Shown piece by piece: positions 36,651-46,659 of a DNA stretch of 64,000 nt (positions are counted from its first letter, which is position 1; each line of letters begins with the position of its first letter). Source of the stretch: an uncultured Candidatus Saccharibacteria bacterium (GTDB taxonomy: Bacteria > Patescibacteriota > Minisyncoccia > Phycocordibacterales > UBA2100). The notes beneath the pieces are model-generated. The model saw nothing but the letters and a program-made list of their open reading frames with translations, searched no databases and was not told the DNA's origin. The DNA lies in assembly GCA_964654205.1 (NCBI GenBank), contig CAZZHR010000002.1:65800-129799 (forward strand), in the 5' to 3' direction. The position numbers and the translations under genes are program-made.

Positions 36651-37913
36651 ATGAAACAACGCCTGCTGGGACTGATAGATCAGGCGAGCGGGTTGCTCCG
36701 CACGGATCTCCGCTATTCGATGTCGGGCGGCTTTTTTCTTACGGCCATGCAAATCACGAGCGCTATCATCAGCTTTGGCCTCACAGTAGCGTTCGCCAAC
36801 CTGCTCCCGGTTGATACATATGGTACGTACCGGTACATGCTCGCAGCATACGCCATCCTTTCCATCTTCGCGCTCCCAGGCATAGAGACCGCCCTCATGC
36901 GAGCAGTATCCGTCGGCAAGGAAGGTGCGTTCGCAGAAAGTCTGCGGACCAAATTCCGGTGGGGATTACTAGGCTCGCTCGCCGCCGTCTTCTACGCTGG
37001 TTATCTTTTCTCTCAGGACAGCATGGTAATGGCCGGCCTTTTCATTGTCGTTGCACTCATGCTCCCGGCGATGGAATCCCTAGCCCTGTACAGCACCTTC
37101 TTCAACGGCAAGAAGCTTTTTCGACAGTGGGCTGCGTTCGATATTGCCGCGCAGCTGCTGTCAGTAACGGCGCTCGTTGGGGCGATGATCGCTACGAAAA
37201 ACATCGTAGCGCTCCTGCTCGCCTACTTCCTGCCATACATCATCGTCCGCGTAATCGGAAGCTGGTACGTGAAGGAGTATCACGTGACAAGCGACACACC
37301 AGACAGCGAGCTCATGCCGTACGCTAAATCTGTTACATTCTTTCAAATCATTTCGAAGATTTCTTCCTCGCTCGACCAAATAGTCCTCTACCACGTGCTA
37401 GGTCCCGCGCAGGTCGCCATCTATTCGCTCGCGATGGCTATCCCGAATCGGGCTCAGGGATTATTCAAAATCAGCGGTATTCTCGCGTTCCCCAAATTCG
37501 CCGCCCGAACGAGCGGAGAAGTCGTGTATACGCTACCGAGAAAGATGCTTCTTTTCGGTGCCGGCATCATGCTTGTGTGTGTGGTGTACGTGCTTATAGC
37601 GCCGTACCTATTTGCACTTCTCTTCCCACAATATATGGCATCTCTCACCTACTCGCAGGTCGCGATATTCTTTACACTTTCTGCCGTGACCTACCCGTTT
37701 AGTTCGTTCCTATTTTCGCATAAAAGACTCGCGGAGAATTACGCAATCTCGCTCGGGAGCTTCTTCAGTAAAATTATTGCGCTCGCCGTATTCGTTCCTT
37801 TTTACGGTATCTGGGGCGCGATTATTAGCGTCCTAGTCGCGTCCGCTACCACAACCACGATATCGGTCATCGTACTGTGGCGCGAGCGACGCAGCTCTCC
37901 TGTCGCTTCCTAG
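36651..37913 (+). CDS. Polysaccharide biosynthesis protein / Wzx-type flippase (MOP superfamily)
   Basis: 420 aa with about 12-14 TM helices, a Polysacc_synt-like profile. Confidence 0.65.
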   Translation: MKQRLLGLIDQASGLLRTDLRYSMSGGFFLTAMQITSAIISFGLTVAFANLLPVDTYGTYRYMLAAYAILSIFALPGIETALMRAVSVGKEGAFAESLRTKFRWGLLGSLAAVFYAGYLFSQDSMVMAGLFIVVALMLPAMESLALYSTFFNGKKLFRQWAAFDIAAQLLSVTALVGAMIATKNIVALLLAYFLPYIIVRVIGSWYVKEYHVTSDTPDSELMPYAKSVTFFQIISKISSSLDQIVLYHVLGPAQVAIYSLAMAIPNRAQGLFKISGILAFPKFAARTSGEVVYTLPRKMLLFGAGIMLVCVVYVLIAPYLFALLFPQYMASLTYSQVAIFFTLSAVTYPFSSFLFSHKRLAENYAISLGSFFSKIIALAVFVPFYGIWGAIISVLVASATTTTISVIVLWRERRSSPVAS

Positions 37914-38865
37914 CAATGCAGTACAAGGATATGTAGCGCTTTCTTGTCGGGAGCATGACGAGGTAGATGATGATAGCTGGTATCCCAAATAGAACCGCGT
38001 CCTTCATCGACGCAAGTGTCGCAGTAACAGATATGACTCGCTCCTTCGGACTTCCTATATGAATGTGGCCATCATTCCGGAGTGCGCGCTTGGTTTTGTC
38101 GACAAGACCGAAGGAGAATGCTGTGCCATAGAGGAACCGCAACTTCACAATAAGGTAACGCAGCCCACCGAAGTATCGAGTCATGTAGACAATTTCGAAC
38201 CCATGTCGCTCAAGATACATTTGAAGAGAGTGTCTGTCCCAGCACGTGAGGTGTCGGGGTGGAAGGTCGCCGCGCATGAGCCAGTCGGCATGGTGCCTAT
38301 AAGGCATCGACATGGCGACGTATCCCCCATCTCGAAGTGATTGTTTGACCGCTTCGATAAAGTCGGCGTGATTATCGATATGTTCAAACACGTCAAAAAA
38401 TGTTACGAGGTCGAACTTTCTCTCTGGATGCTTGCGCGCATACTCAATGATGTCCCCGAGCTCGACATTGGGCAGTTGAAAAAGTGTGTTCGCGACCCGT
38501 ACCGCATCTCGATCAAAATCCAGCCCATAGGGATCCCATTTTTGAGAACGTGCGTAGTACAGAAAATTGCCCGTCCCACAGCCGACGTCGAGCACGCGGC
38601 CATACATCGGTGCGAGTTTCGAGATAACTTTGAGATGGTTCCAATTCGGCTTCATAAGCGGATCTCTGTTGCGACCGGCGTATCGTGTATCTTTTTCGTA
38701 CCATTCAGCGCCTGGATTTTTCAAAGGGGACCAAAACCACGCATCGCATGTGCCGCAGTCAAAGAGCATATAGGTTATGCCACTATCTTCGTGTGTGCGA
38801 CCGCGCGGTCTCGCATCGGTTGCTCCGCATAAAGGACATATCGATGCAGGTACCGTCTGTGCCAT
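37867..38865 (-). CDS. Class I SAM-dependent methyltransferase with N-terminal Cys4 zinc ribbon and C-terminal TM helix
   Basis: 'CPLCG...CGTC' ribbon and a 'VLDVGCGTGNF' SAM motif I. Start trimmed to 'MAQTVPAS'; the upstream part of the ORF overlaps the divergent gene. Confidence 0.7.
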   Translation of the reverse strand: MAQTVPASICPLCGATDARPRGRTHEDSGITYMLFDCGTCDAWFWSPLKNPGAEWYEKDTRYAGRNRDPLMKPNWNHLKVISKLAPMYGRVLDVGCGTGNFLYYARSQKWDPYGLDFDRDAVRVANTLFQLPNVELGDIIEYARKHPERKFDLVTFFDVFEHIDNHADFIEAVKQSLRDGGYVAMSMPYRHHADWLMRGDLPPRHLTCWDRHSLQMYLERHGFEIVYMTRYFGGLRYLIVKLRFLYGTAFSFGLVDKTKRALRNDGHIHIGSPKERVISVTATLASMKDAVLFGIPAIIIYLVMLPTRKRYISLYCIARKRQESCVARATVR

Positions 38866-38976
38866 ACAAGAAGTGAATGCGTGACACTTTAGCATGAATT
38901 GAACCGAGTGGCTTAGTCTGATAAGGTTGCTCTGGATGGGCTCTTTGACAGAGGGCCGCAACGAAGGGGTGAAACG

Positions 38977-40740
38977 ATGAAGAAAAAGTTCATCCTCGCG
39001 GCTCGCTATTACAGCATCGAGCCGCTGGGGATCCTGTACTTGGCCGGTCTCGTGAAAGCGATGCCGGACTGGGACTGCAAGGTGGTGCTCGTTCGCGAGT
39101 ACAATTTTGAGGAGCTCTACGATGCCGTGCGAAGCTGGCAGCCTGACCTGGTCGGCTTCCAGATCTGGACGGGATACCACATTCCCGCCTTCGCCGCCTG
39201 CGACCGCATACGGGGTATGGGCGTGCCCGTCGTGATAGGCGGCCCGCACGCTACGTACTTCTCGGATGAATGCAAGAAGCATGCAGAGTGGGTAGTCCAA
39301 GGAAGCGGCTTCGGCCTCCTCCAGAAGATACTCACGGGTCTTGGTGGCGGCGTTCACTTCGACAAGTCGGGCCGAGAAGAGGTTTTCCCCCTTCCTGACC
39401 GCGACGTCGTCTACAATGCGTATCCCGAGTTGGGTAACAGCCCGATTAAGAGCATCTTCGGCTCAGTCGGGTGCCCAATGACGTGCACGTACTGTTATGC
39501 GCCCTCGTTCAACGAGATGCATGGTGGCTTCAAACTAACCGTGCGTCCCGTCGACGACATCGTGCGCGAGGCGAAGGCGATCATGGAGCAGTGGCCACTT
39601 CGAATGGTCTACTTCCAGGACGACATTTTCGGGTACAACATCCGTTGGCTCGAGGAGTTCTCCAAGAAGTGGAAATCCGAGGTTGGAGTCCCGTACCACT
39701 GCCAGATCCGATTGGAGCTGACCCGACACGACAAAGGCGATCAGCGCCTAGACCTCTTCGCTGAAGGCGGCTGCAGCGGCATTACGCTCGCGATAGAAAG
39801 TGGCAACGCTTTTCTTCGCGACCGCGTGCTCTTCCGCCACATGCCCGACGAACTCATCGTCGAGGGATGCCGGAAGATCATGGATCGAGGGATGACGCTC
39901 CGGACGGAGCAGATTCTCGCGGTGCCCTTTAGCGACACGGTCACAGACCTCGCGACGCTCGACCTCAATAACCGTATCAGACCTACGATGGCGTGGACAT
40001 CGATCCTCGCCCCCTATGCCGGGACGGACATGGGCACGATCGCGAAGAATTTCGGATTCTATGACGGCAACAACGATGACCTGTCGGAATCTTTCTTCGA
40101 CAGGAGCGTACTCCGACATGTCGAAGGAGGCCCGCGGGACATCGAGGCAATCGTTGAAAAATCCGGAACTCCCGCGAACGTGCACGCGGCGAAGCAACCG
40201 CTTTTGAGCCTTCGGGCGCACAGGCGCAACAGCTACGACGCAGATGTGGTCGACAAGACTGGATTGAAGCACGGCACTATTCGGTATCTGGACCAGGTCG
40301 ACAACGAGAGGTACTGCAGGGACACCGTTCGTCTTCAGCGCCTGTTCAACTGGCTGGCAATGGTGCCGCAGGCAGCGAAGCTCGGACGCATGCTTGTGGA
40401 CATTCCGGAGGAGGAGTGGACATGGGCACGCATCGGCCGCGAGAGCGAGAAGCACCTGCACGATACGGGCGTCGGCGACGTGGAGTCATGGAAGCGCGAG
40501 CTTGCACGCGAAATGTCCGTCGAGGTATTGCCCGAGCCGATCGCTCAAAACATTCCGTTCTTCGCGCACTTCCCTGCGGGAGGCGTGCTCGCGCGGAGCG
40601 TGGTGGAAAAAGATGTCCTGCGTTCCACGAGAACGACGGGCGAGGCACTCGATGAACTCGGGACACTCGCGCGCCGGCACCTCTTCCACTTCGGCCTCTA
40701 CAAGATCGAAGAAGGATTGGCGCCGATCGCAAGTCGCTGA
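38977..40740 (+). CDS. B12-binding radical SAM enzyme (class B)
   Basis: N-terminal cobalamin-binding Rossmann region, then 'CPMTCTYC' (CxxxCxxC) radical-SAM cluster motif. 587 aa. Confidence 0.8.
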   Translation: MKKKFILAARYYSIEPLGILYLAGLVKAMPDWDCKVVLVREYNFEELYDAVRSWQPDLVGFQIWTGYHIPAFAACDRIRGMGVPVVIGGPHATYFSDECKKHAEWVVQGSGFGLLQKILTGLGGGVHFDKSGREEVFPLPDRDVVYNAYPELGNSPIKSIFGSVGCPMTCTYCYAPSFNEMHGGFKLTVRPVDDIVREAKAIMEQWPLRMVYFQDDIFGYNIRWLEEFSKKWKSEVGVPYHCQIRLELTRHDKGDQRLDLFAEGGCSGITLAIESGNAFLRDRVLFRHMPDELIVEGCRKIMDRGMTLRTEQILAVPFSDTVTDLATLDLNNRIRPTMAWTSILAPYAGTDMGTIAKNFGFYDGNNDDLSESFFDRSVLRHVEGGPRDIEAIVEKSGTPANVHAAKQPLLSLRAHRRNSYDADVVDKTGLKHGTIRYLDQVDNERYCRDTVRLQRLFNWLAMVPQAAKLGRMLVDIPEEEWTWARIGRESEKHLHDTGVGDVESWKRELAREMSVEVLPEPIAQNIPFFAHFPAGGVLARSVVEKDVLRSTRTTGEALDELGTLARRHLFHFGLYKIEEGLAPIASR

Positions 40741-40764
40741 ATTCGTTGCTTCACAGTTCTTCCG

Positions 40765-40800
40765 CCCCGGGCTTGTCCCGGGGCCTTTTCTTTTACTACG
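40765..40800 (+). terminator. Intrinsic terminator (gccccgggc-ttgt-cccggggcc + UUUUCUUUU)
   Basis: GC stem followed by 'ttttctttt', after the rSAM stop. Confidence 0.6.
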
Positions 40801-40821
40801 ATTCCTGGCTATACTCGCCGC

Positions 40822-41259
40822 ATGACAAAGAAACACCCTATCACCGTGGTTGTATCCGGAGGTTTCGACCCTGTACATATCGGCCACGTCCGAATGTTTC
40901 GCGAAGCCAAAAAGCTCGGAGACACGCTTATTGTGGTCTTGAATAATGACAATTGGGTGAAGGACAAAAAGGGGTACGTATTCATGCCCGCCAAGGAGCG
41001 GAAAGAAGTTATTGAAAGCATTAAATATGTTGATAAGGTCGCACTCTCATCTCACATACCAGGCGACGCGGACAAGACCATCGCGCGTGAACTGAGGCGT
41101 ATTAGACCCGATATTTTTGCCAATGGTGGTGGTGCGAAGCATATGCCTGGTAATGAACTCGACACCTGTCGTGAACTCGGCATTCAACTCGCTTACGACG
41201 TGGGGGGCAGAAAGAAAGTTCAGTCGAGCTCGCGGCTCGTACAAAATTCAAGGCACTGA
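40822..41259 (+). CDS. Cytidylyltransferase-like (HxGH) nucleotidyltransferase, paralogue of 30868..31686 N-terminal domain
   Basis: 'VVVSGGFDPVHIGHVRMFREAKKLGD', about 60% identical to the other copy over 120 aa. Confidence 0.65.
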   Translation: MTKKHPITVVVSGGFDPVHIGHVRMFREAKKLGDTLIVVLNNDNWVKDKKGYVFMPAKERKEVIESIKYVDKVALSSHIPGDADKTIARELRRIRPDIFANGGGAKHMPGNELDTCRELGIQLAYDVGGRKKVQSSSRLVQNSRH

Positions 41260-41329
41260 TTGACAATAGTGATGTAAATCTGCATAGTTGCACCGGACCA
41301 TCCCGAAACGATTGGTGTGGGAGACAATA

Positions 41330-42205
41330 ATGCTGACATTAGATGCGGCCACGCTGCTCTCGCGAGCTGCGTACGGCCAAGACATGTTCGTCACGGAAGC
41401 CCAGGTGGCAGAGCGCGGCGAGCGACTCGCGATCAATGTTCCGGAAGGGGCGCGCGTCGCCACCAGTCGCGCGGAGCGGTGGGAGCTCTCGGCTACGAAC
41501 AATCCGAAGTGGCGCTGGTCGCAAGGCGGTGCGCTTCCACTCATGCGTCTGCGCGACGCGATCGTCGCTCCGCTTCAGCTCTCGGATTCGACGTTGCCCT
41601 TGTACGCCAATCACCTTACGGCGGCGACAGGGCTCGCGAGCTCACCCGAGGAATGGGTCAATCCCAGACGCCTTATGCGTGAAGCGTTCGAAGAGATCGC
41701 GATCGCGACGCCGACCGGTATAGCGATTCCCATCTTCAACGACCCCGAACTCGACACGCTTTCCTTCGGCACATTACCTGGGGTTCTGTCGCTCATCGAG
41801 ATGCAGAGTGACTTGCCAGACCTCTTCCACCTCGGTGTGTTCAACCGCGTGCGGGCGCAACACCTGCCACTTCGCGGCGAACGCTCGATTAGCGTGAGTA
41901 TTTTCGGAAGGATCGTCTCGCACATGCGAGCGGTCGCGGTCTTGGACGAGACGACGCGCGGAGTCGATATTATGCATGCGTATCAAATCGATCTGCGTGC
42001 GTGGAGGCTCGACGAGATCTCGCTCTTTTGCGCCGAGTCACGCGACGGTGTGCCGACCAATAGTGAGATCGCTTGTCTCGAGTTCAATGACGACTTCGAG
42101 CCTCTGCGAATCATCCGGTCGTTCAAGACAGGCAAGGCGATTGAGGGCACGGGCTCGATGGAGCGGATCTCGCCGGTTCTGAGGGCGACGCTCGCATCGC
42201 TCTGA
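41330..42205 (+). CDS. Hypothetical protein
   Basis: ORF 41288..42205 with probable start 'MLTLDAATLL'. No family recognised. Followed by a terminator. Confidence 0.4.
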   Translation: MLTLDAATLLSRAAYGQDMFVTEAQVAERGERLAINVPEGARVATSRAERWELSATNNPKWRWSQGGALPLMRLRDAIVAPLQLSDSTLPLYANHLTAATGLASSPEEWVNPRRLMREAFEEIAIATPTGIAIPIFNDPELDTLSFGTLPGVLSLIEMQSDLPDLFHLGVFNRVRAQHLPLRGERSISVSIFGRIVSHMRAVAVLDETTRGVDIMHAYQIDLRAWRLDEISLFCAESRDGVPTNSEIACLEFNDDFEPLRIIRSFKTGKAIEGTGSMERISPVLRATLASL

Positions 42206-42215
42206 AGCACACGCA

Positions 42216-42246
42216 ATCTTGCGAGCCCCGGCGACGCCGGGGCTTG
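42216..42246 (+). terminator. Intrinsic terminator (agccccggcg-acg-ccggggct + UGUUCUUUU)
   Basis: Read directly. Confidence 0.55.
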
Positions 42247-42285
42247 TTCTTTTATATGAGCGCGCAATCGGCTACTATGCATGTA

Positions 42286-43419
42286 ATGAACAGAATCAGG
42301 GTCGCCATAATGACCGACGATTTTGATCCGCGACCAGAGCGGACTTTGTACTATCGCCGCCTCATTGAGCGCCTCATTGCATCCCCAGAGCTGGAAGTTA
42401 CCCTCGTCCATGCGAAAGCGGTGCCAGATGAACCGCTCTATGCGCAGACGCGCGAGGTCATCATGCCGCGTGTACAGCTGCCATTCGGTTCGCGATTCGT
42501 GGCATTTTTGCGCTACTGTTTGACCACCGAGGACCGATACGACATCGTGCACTGGCTGAAACCTCGTATTTTTCCTTTCTTCTGGCTTTTCCCAGCGAGG
42601 CGGATCATCGTTATGGCGCATGGCGGTGGTGACGTGTTTGTTCCAGGCATATGGACCCTCTCACGTCGCATATTTAACTGGACAATGATCTATTTTGGCA
42701 ACCGTATCCATACACTTATTGCAGTATCTGAGTACGCGAATAAAGAAATTGTGTACGCTTACAGAGCGCATCCGGAAAAAGTTGTGACCATCTATAACCC
42801 TGTCGATCCTCTGTACACACAGCCCTTTTCAGAAACTGTCGAGGCAGAGATCCGCCGCGAACACGGGCTAAGGGAGCCCTACTTCTTTTCGATAAGCCGA
42901 TTCCGCCTGCATAAAAATATTGGCCGTACTGTCGAGGCATTCGTGAGATACAGGACAGAACATCCCGAGAGTCGTGAACATCTTGCGCTCGGAGGTGGCT
43001 CGCTCGACGAGTTCGAGACGGCGTACGGCCCTCTTCTCGATTCCCCGTATACTAAGGATATCCACTTCCTAGGATATATCCCTTCCGAACATCTCCCAGC
43101 TCTCTACAGAGGCGCCACTGCGCTCGTATTCATATCGCTCAATGAGGGCTTTGGACTACCTGTCGTCGAGGCTATGGCCTGCAAGACGCCTGTCATCGTT
43201 TCGAATGTGACGTCGCTTCCTGAGATTGCAGGCGACGCTGGTGTCATAGTGGATCCGCAGAGCACCAGCGACGTAGCCGCCGCTATGTCCAGGGTCGCTC
43301 TCGATGAGCCATTTAGGAGGCAGCTCGTGGAGCGTGGGTACAAACGCAGTACATTCTTTACGTGGGACAAGAACTTCGCCTCTGTTCTCGCACTCTACAA
43401 ACGCGCTCTCTCTCAATGA
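42286..43419 (+). CDS. Family 4 (GT-B) glycosyltransferase
   Basis: 'EGFGLPVVEAMACKTPVIVSNVTSLPEIAGDAGVIVDP' is the GT4 E-x7-E region. Confidence 0.75.
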   Translation: MNRIRVAIMTDDFDPRPERTLYYRRLIERLIASPELEVTLVHAKAVPDEPLYAQTREVIMPRVQLPFGSRFVAFLRYCLTTEDRYDIVHWLKPRIFPFFWLFPARRIIVMAHGGGDVFVPGIWTLSRRIFNWTMIYFGNRIHTLIAVSEYANKEIVYAYRAHPEKVVTIYNPVDPLYTQPFSETVEAEIRREHGLREPYFFSISRFRLHKNIGRTVEAFVRYRTEHPESREHLALGGGSLDEFETAYGPLLDSPYTKDIHFLGYIPSEHLPALYRGATALVFISLNEGFGLPVVEAMACKTPVIVSNVTSLPEIAGDAGVIVDPQSTSDVAAAMSRVALDEPFRRQLVERGYKRSTFFTWDKNFASVLALYKRALSQ

Positions 43420-43811
43420 CTATGGAACTCCGCACACCACTTCCCGAAGCTCTCGATCGACTCTCAATCCTCACACTCAAGCTCGAACACACACCCGAGA
43501 ATGATCCTCGACGTACGAGCGTGAAGAAGGAATATGATTTTTATCGCGCCGTGGTGGAAAGCTATCGCACGGATGGTACTCCTGTACAGAACGCGTGGCT
43601 CGATGAGCTTGTAGCGGTCAATCGCACATGCTGGGATATGGAGGACGCCATCCGTGAAGGCAAGGAGGGAGGCCTTACACTAGAGGAAGTAGGTAGGCGT
43701 GCGCTTGAACTAAGAGATCTCAATAAACAACGCATCTCCGTGAAGAATCGGATTGCGAAGGAGTGCGGCCTCGACTTTTTCGAGGTCAAAATACGGCACG
43801 CGTCTGAATAG
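43416..43811 (+). CDS. Hypothetical protein (131 aa)
   Basis: ATGA overlap with the upstream GT4. No family recognised. Confidence 0.35.
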   Translation: MTMELRTPLPEALDRLSILTLKLEHTPENDPRRTSVKKEYDFYRAVVESYRTDGTPVQNAWLDELVAVNRTCWDMEDAIREGKEGGLTLEEVGRRALELRDLNKQRISVKNRIAKECGLDFFEVKIRHASE

Positions 43812-43814
43812 CTC

Positions 43815-44942
43815 CTAGGTTCGCTCTAACGCCTCTTTGACAATCTTGATCACGTAATCCACCTCGTTTTTCTTGAGCTTCGCATACATCGGGAGTGACA
43901 CAGTGCTGCCCGCAATCTTCTCCGCTATGGGAAAATCCCGTGTCTTGAATCCGAACTTCTTCTTGTAGAGCGTAAAAAGGTGGATAGGCGGATAGTTGAT
44001 GACGGCGCCAACACCGTGAGTATTCAAGTATGCGAGTACCGCGTCGCGCTTTTTCGCCTCCACCCAAATGGGAAAGAGATGGTATCCGTGAATCGCGCCA
44101 CGAAGCGCCTCCGGCATTTGAATAGCCAGATTCTTGAAACCGGCGCGATACTTTTTTGCCACCGCTTCTCTTTTTGCGCGCGTCGAATCCGCTTTTCTCA
44201 ACTGCGGCAAGAGCATGGCACCCTGTATATTGTTCATGTTTGCTTTCCATCCAGCCACGTTAATATCGTATGTCTTAAGCCCCGTCCTCTCGCGTTGGGC
44301 GAGCTCCGACGTGATGCCATGTGAACGCAATTGACGCATGAGCGCTGCGACATCATCGCTCTGCGTTGCAAACGCCCCGCCTTCGCCGCTTGTAATTCCT
44401 TTTGTCGCATAAAAACTAAAGCAGGCGCCGAATGACTTTTCGCCCGGCCGAATGCCATCGCGCTTAGCCTCAAGAGCATGTGCAGCGTCCTCGATGACAA
44501 TGAGCTTGTTCCTTTTTGCGATGGAAAGGATTTTCTTCATATCAACCATTTGCCCGTACAGATGGACGGGCAGTATGGCTTTAGTGCGCTTCGTAATGGC
44601 TTTTTCTATGAGGTCCGCGTTGATATTGCCCGTATGCGACTCAACATCAACGAAAACCGGTTTTGCTCCGGTCATCAAAATGACATTCGAACTCGCGACA
44701 AACGACATGGGTGTCGTGATGACCTCGTCTCCTTCCCCTACGCCGGCAGCAAGCAGCGCGAGATGCAACGCGCTCGTACAGCTCATAAGCCCGATTGCAT
44801 GTTTTGTGCCAAGGTATCGAGCGAGTGCCTTCTCAAACGCGTCCACGTCCGCGCCTGTCGTGAGGAAAAGTGACTGCAGCACACCATCGACGGCGGCGCG
44901 TTCCTTTTCTCCCACATTATGTTTAAAAAAAGCCACTTTCAT
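43815..44942 (-). CDS. DegT/DnrJ/EryC1/StrS-family PLP-dependent sugar aminotransferase (ArnB-like)
   Basis: 'TSGEGG', a 'SFYATKGIT' lysine region, 375 aa. Confidence 0.85.
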   Translation of the reverse strand: MKVAFFKHNVGEKERAAVDGVLQSLFLTTGADVDAFEKALARYLGTKHAIGLMSCTSALHLALLAAGVGEGDEVITTPMSFVASSNVILMTGAKPVFVDVESHTGNINADLIEKAITKRTKAILPVHLYGQMVDMKKILSIAKRNKLIVIEDAAHALEAKRDGIRPGEKSFGACFSFYATKGITSGEGGAFATQSDDVAALMRQLRSHGITSELAQRERTGLKTYDINVAGWKANMNNIQGAMLLPQLRKADSTRAKREAVAKKYRAGFKNLAIQMPEALRGAIHGYHLFPIWVEAKKRDAVLAYLNTHGVGAVINYPPIHLFTLYKKKFGFKTRDFPIAEKIAGSTVSLPMYAKLKKNEVDYVIKIVKEALERT

Positions 44943-44943
44943 A

Positions 44944-45930
44944 CTAGACCCTTGATACTTCGGAGAATATCTGTTTGAAAACTTCTATATTGTAGTAGCG
45001 CAGATTGGCGTAGTCGAAAGAAGCATCGTAGTGTTCGTCCAAACCTTTCAGTATCGATGCCACGGAGCCAGTTGGTCTAAATTTGAGCTCTTTCTTAGCC
45101 TTTTCTATGGTCGCGGTGTAATTGCGAAGATCTGGTGAGTTGAGTATCTCGAGTGCTATCTCTACACCGTGCTTCTTTTTAAAGTGCGCTTGTATCTCTT
45201 CGGCTACCGCTCCCACTGTGACGTTGCAACTCGCAATGTTAAACGTACCAGAAACAGCTTGTGGTGCCTCGATAGCGAGGATGTACGCCTGCACGGCGTC
45301 ATCCATATCAAGAAGCGGGCGACCTATCTTGGGATTGTCTACGACTATCTTTTTTCTCAGGCGGGCATTTTTGTACATCGCATTCACAAGGAGGTCGAAG
45401 CGCATGCGCGGACTCCAACCTGATACGGTACCTTTCCGAATCGCAATGACCGAAAAATCTTTGCTCGCGAGAGGCATAAGTGCTTGATTCGCCTGCGCCT
45501 TGGACGCGCCATACGGATACGCAGACGTGAGCGGCGCGTTTTCGTCGCACACTTTCCCGTCGGCATTGCCATACACAGAACACGAATCGGCGAATATGAA
45601 TCGATTGACCCCCGCATGGAGAGCTGCAAATGCCGAATACGCTGGAACGCCAAGATTGCTGATAAAGTTGTACGCGCTCGCATACTGCGCCATCGGATCG
45701 CTCGAGAGACCGGCGAGAAATACGACCGTATCAAACCCTTTAAAAAAATCCTGCGGCACCTTGAGTACGTCGGATTTTACTAGTGTTACGGACTCATCGA
45801 GATGGTTCCCAAACCAGCACGGATCGACGACCGTGACTTTGTACCCGCGCTCAAGCAGCTCGGGAACAAGTCTGGTCCCGATGTATCCTGCCCCACCTAT
45901 TACGCACAGGCTTCGAGGGCTCTTTGTCAT
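44944..45930 (-). CDS. NAD-dependent epimerase/dehydratase (SDR)
   Basis: 'CVIGGAGYIGTRL' Rossmann motif. Confidence 0.75.
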   Translation of the reverse strand: MTKSPRSLCVIGGAGYIGTRLVPELLERGYKVTVVDPCWFGNHLDESVTLVKSDVLKVPQDFFKGFDTVVFLAGLSSDPMAQYASAYNFISNLGVPAYSAFAALHAGVNRFIFADSCSVYGNADGKVCDENAPLTSAYPYGASKAQANQALMPLASKDFSVIAIRKGTVSGWSPRMRFDLLVNAMYKNARLRKKIVVDNPKIGRPLLDMDDAVQAYILAIEAPQAVSGTFNIASCNVTVGAVAEEIQAHFKKKHGVEIALEILNSPDLRNYTATIEKAKKELKFRPTGSVASILKGLDEHYDASFDYANLRYYNIEVFKQIFSEVSRV

Positions 45931-45983
45931 GTTGGCTGTATAGTACGCACAATCGTGGTGTAAATCAAACGTACACGTCTCTC

Positions 45984-46649
45984 CTACTGTCCCGTGTCAC
46001 CCTGCTTATATATTTTTAGAATGTACGTGTGTCCATCGTGTGTAAAATGCGCAGGATATCGTTCGTTGTCGACCACTCGAAGCAAGTTGAATTGCTGGAG
46101 AATGGTTTGATGTATGTCGAGTTCGCTATCTTTGGATTTACGCTTCTTGTACCACGTACTTTCCCCCCGCTGCTCTCTCGGCTCATTGTGTGGATATGCA
46201 TCGATGAATTTAAGTGCGAGTTCAATGGTTTTTTGTCCTTGCGCTTGCTTCAGCTCTTCATTGAGTTCATGTCCTTGAAAATGAATAGTGTCCTTATAGT
46301 AGTACGGTCCCGAATCTACTTTTGCCACAGCCTCGAAGAGCGTTACAGGGATATCATTTTTACCCTCCAATATTTGCCAGGTCAGCGGTGAAAATCCTTG
46401 GCCGAGCGGGAGATCGCTCGGGTGAATCACGATGTTGTGCCTGTGTTTTTGTAGCGTGGACTCCGGCACAATCTTGTCGCAGCTAAGTATGAAGAGGATG
46501 TCGCCTTTCTCTATATCATTTTCCACCCCGAAAATTCTTACTGAGTGTCCTCGCGACTCGATGGCCAACTTAAGTTCAGCAATGTAGGGGTGTATCCAGC
46601 TATTTGGATTATCAACGAATATCGATATTGAGAGGTTTTGCTTTGCCAT
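45984..46649 (-). CDS. Sugar N-formyltransferase (Formyl_trans_N; ArnA-N/Fmt-like)
   Basis: 'HRHNIVIHPSDLPLGQGFSPLTWQILEG' matches the HxSLLPxxRG catalytic motif. Start trimmed to 'MAKQNLSISIF'. Confidence 0.7.
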   Translation of the reverse strand: MAKQNLSISIFVDNPNSWIHPYIAELKLAIESRGHSVRIFGVENDIEKGDILFILSCDKIVPESTLQKHRHNIVIHPSDLPLGQGFSPLTWQILEGKNDIPVTLFEAVAKVDSGPYYYKDTIHFQGHELNEELKQAQGQKTIELALKFIDAYPHNEPREQRGESTWYKKRKSKDSELDIHQTILQQFNLLRVVDNERYPAHFTHDGHTYILKIYKQGDTGQ

Positions 46650-46659
46650 AGCGCAATTA

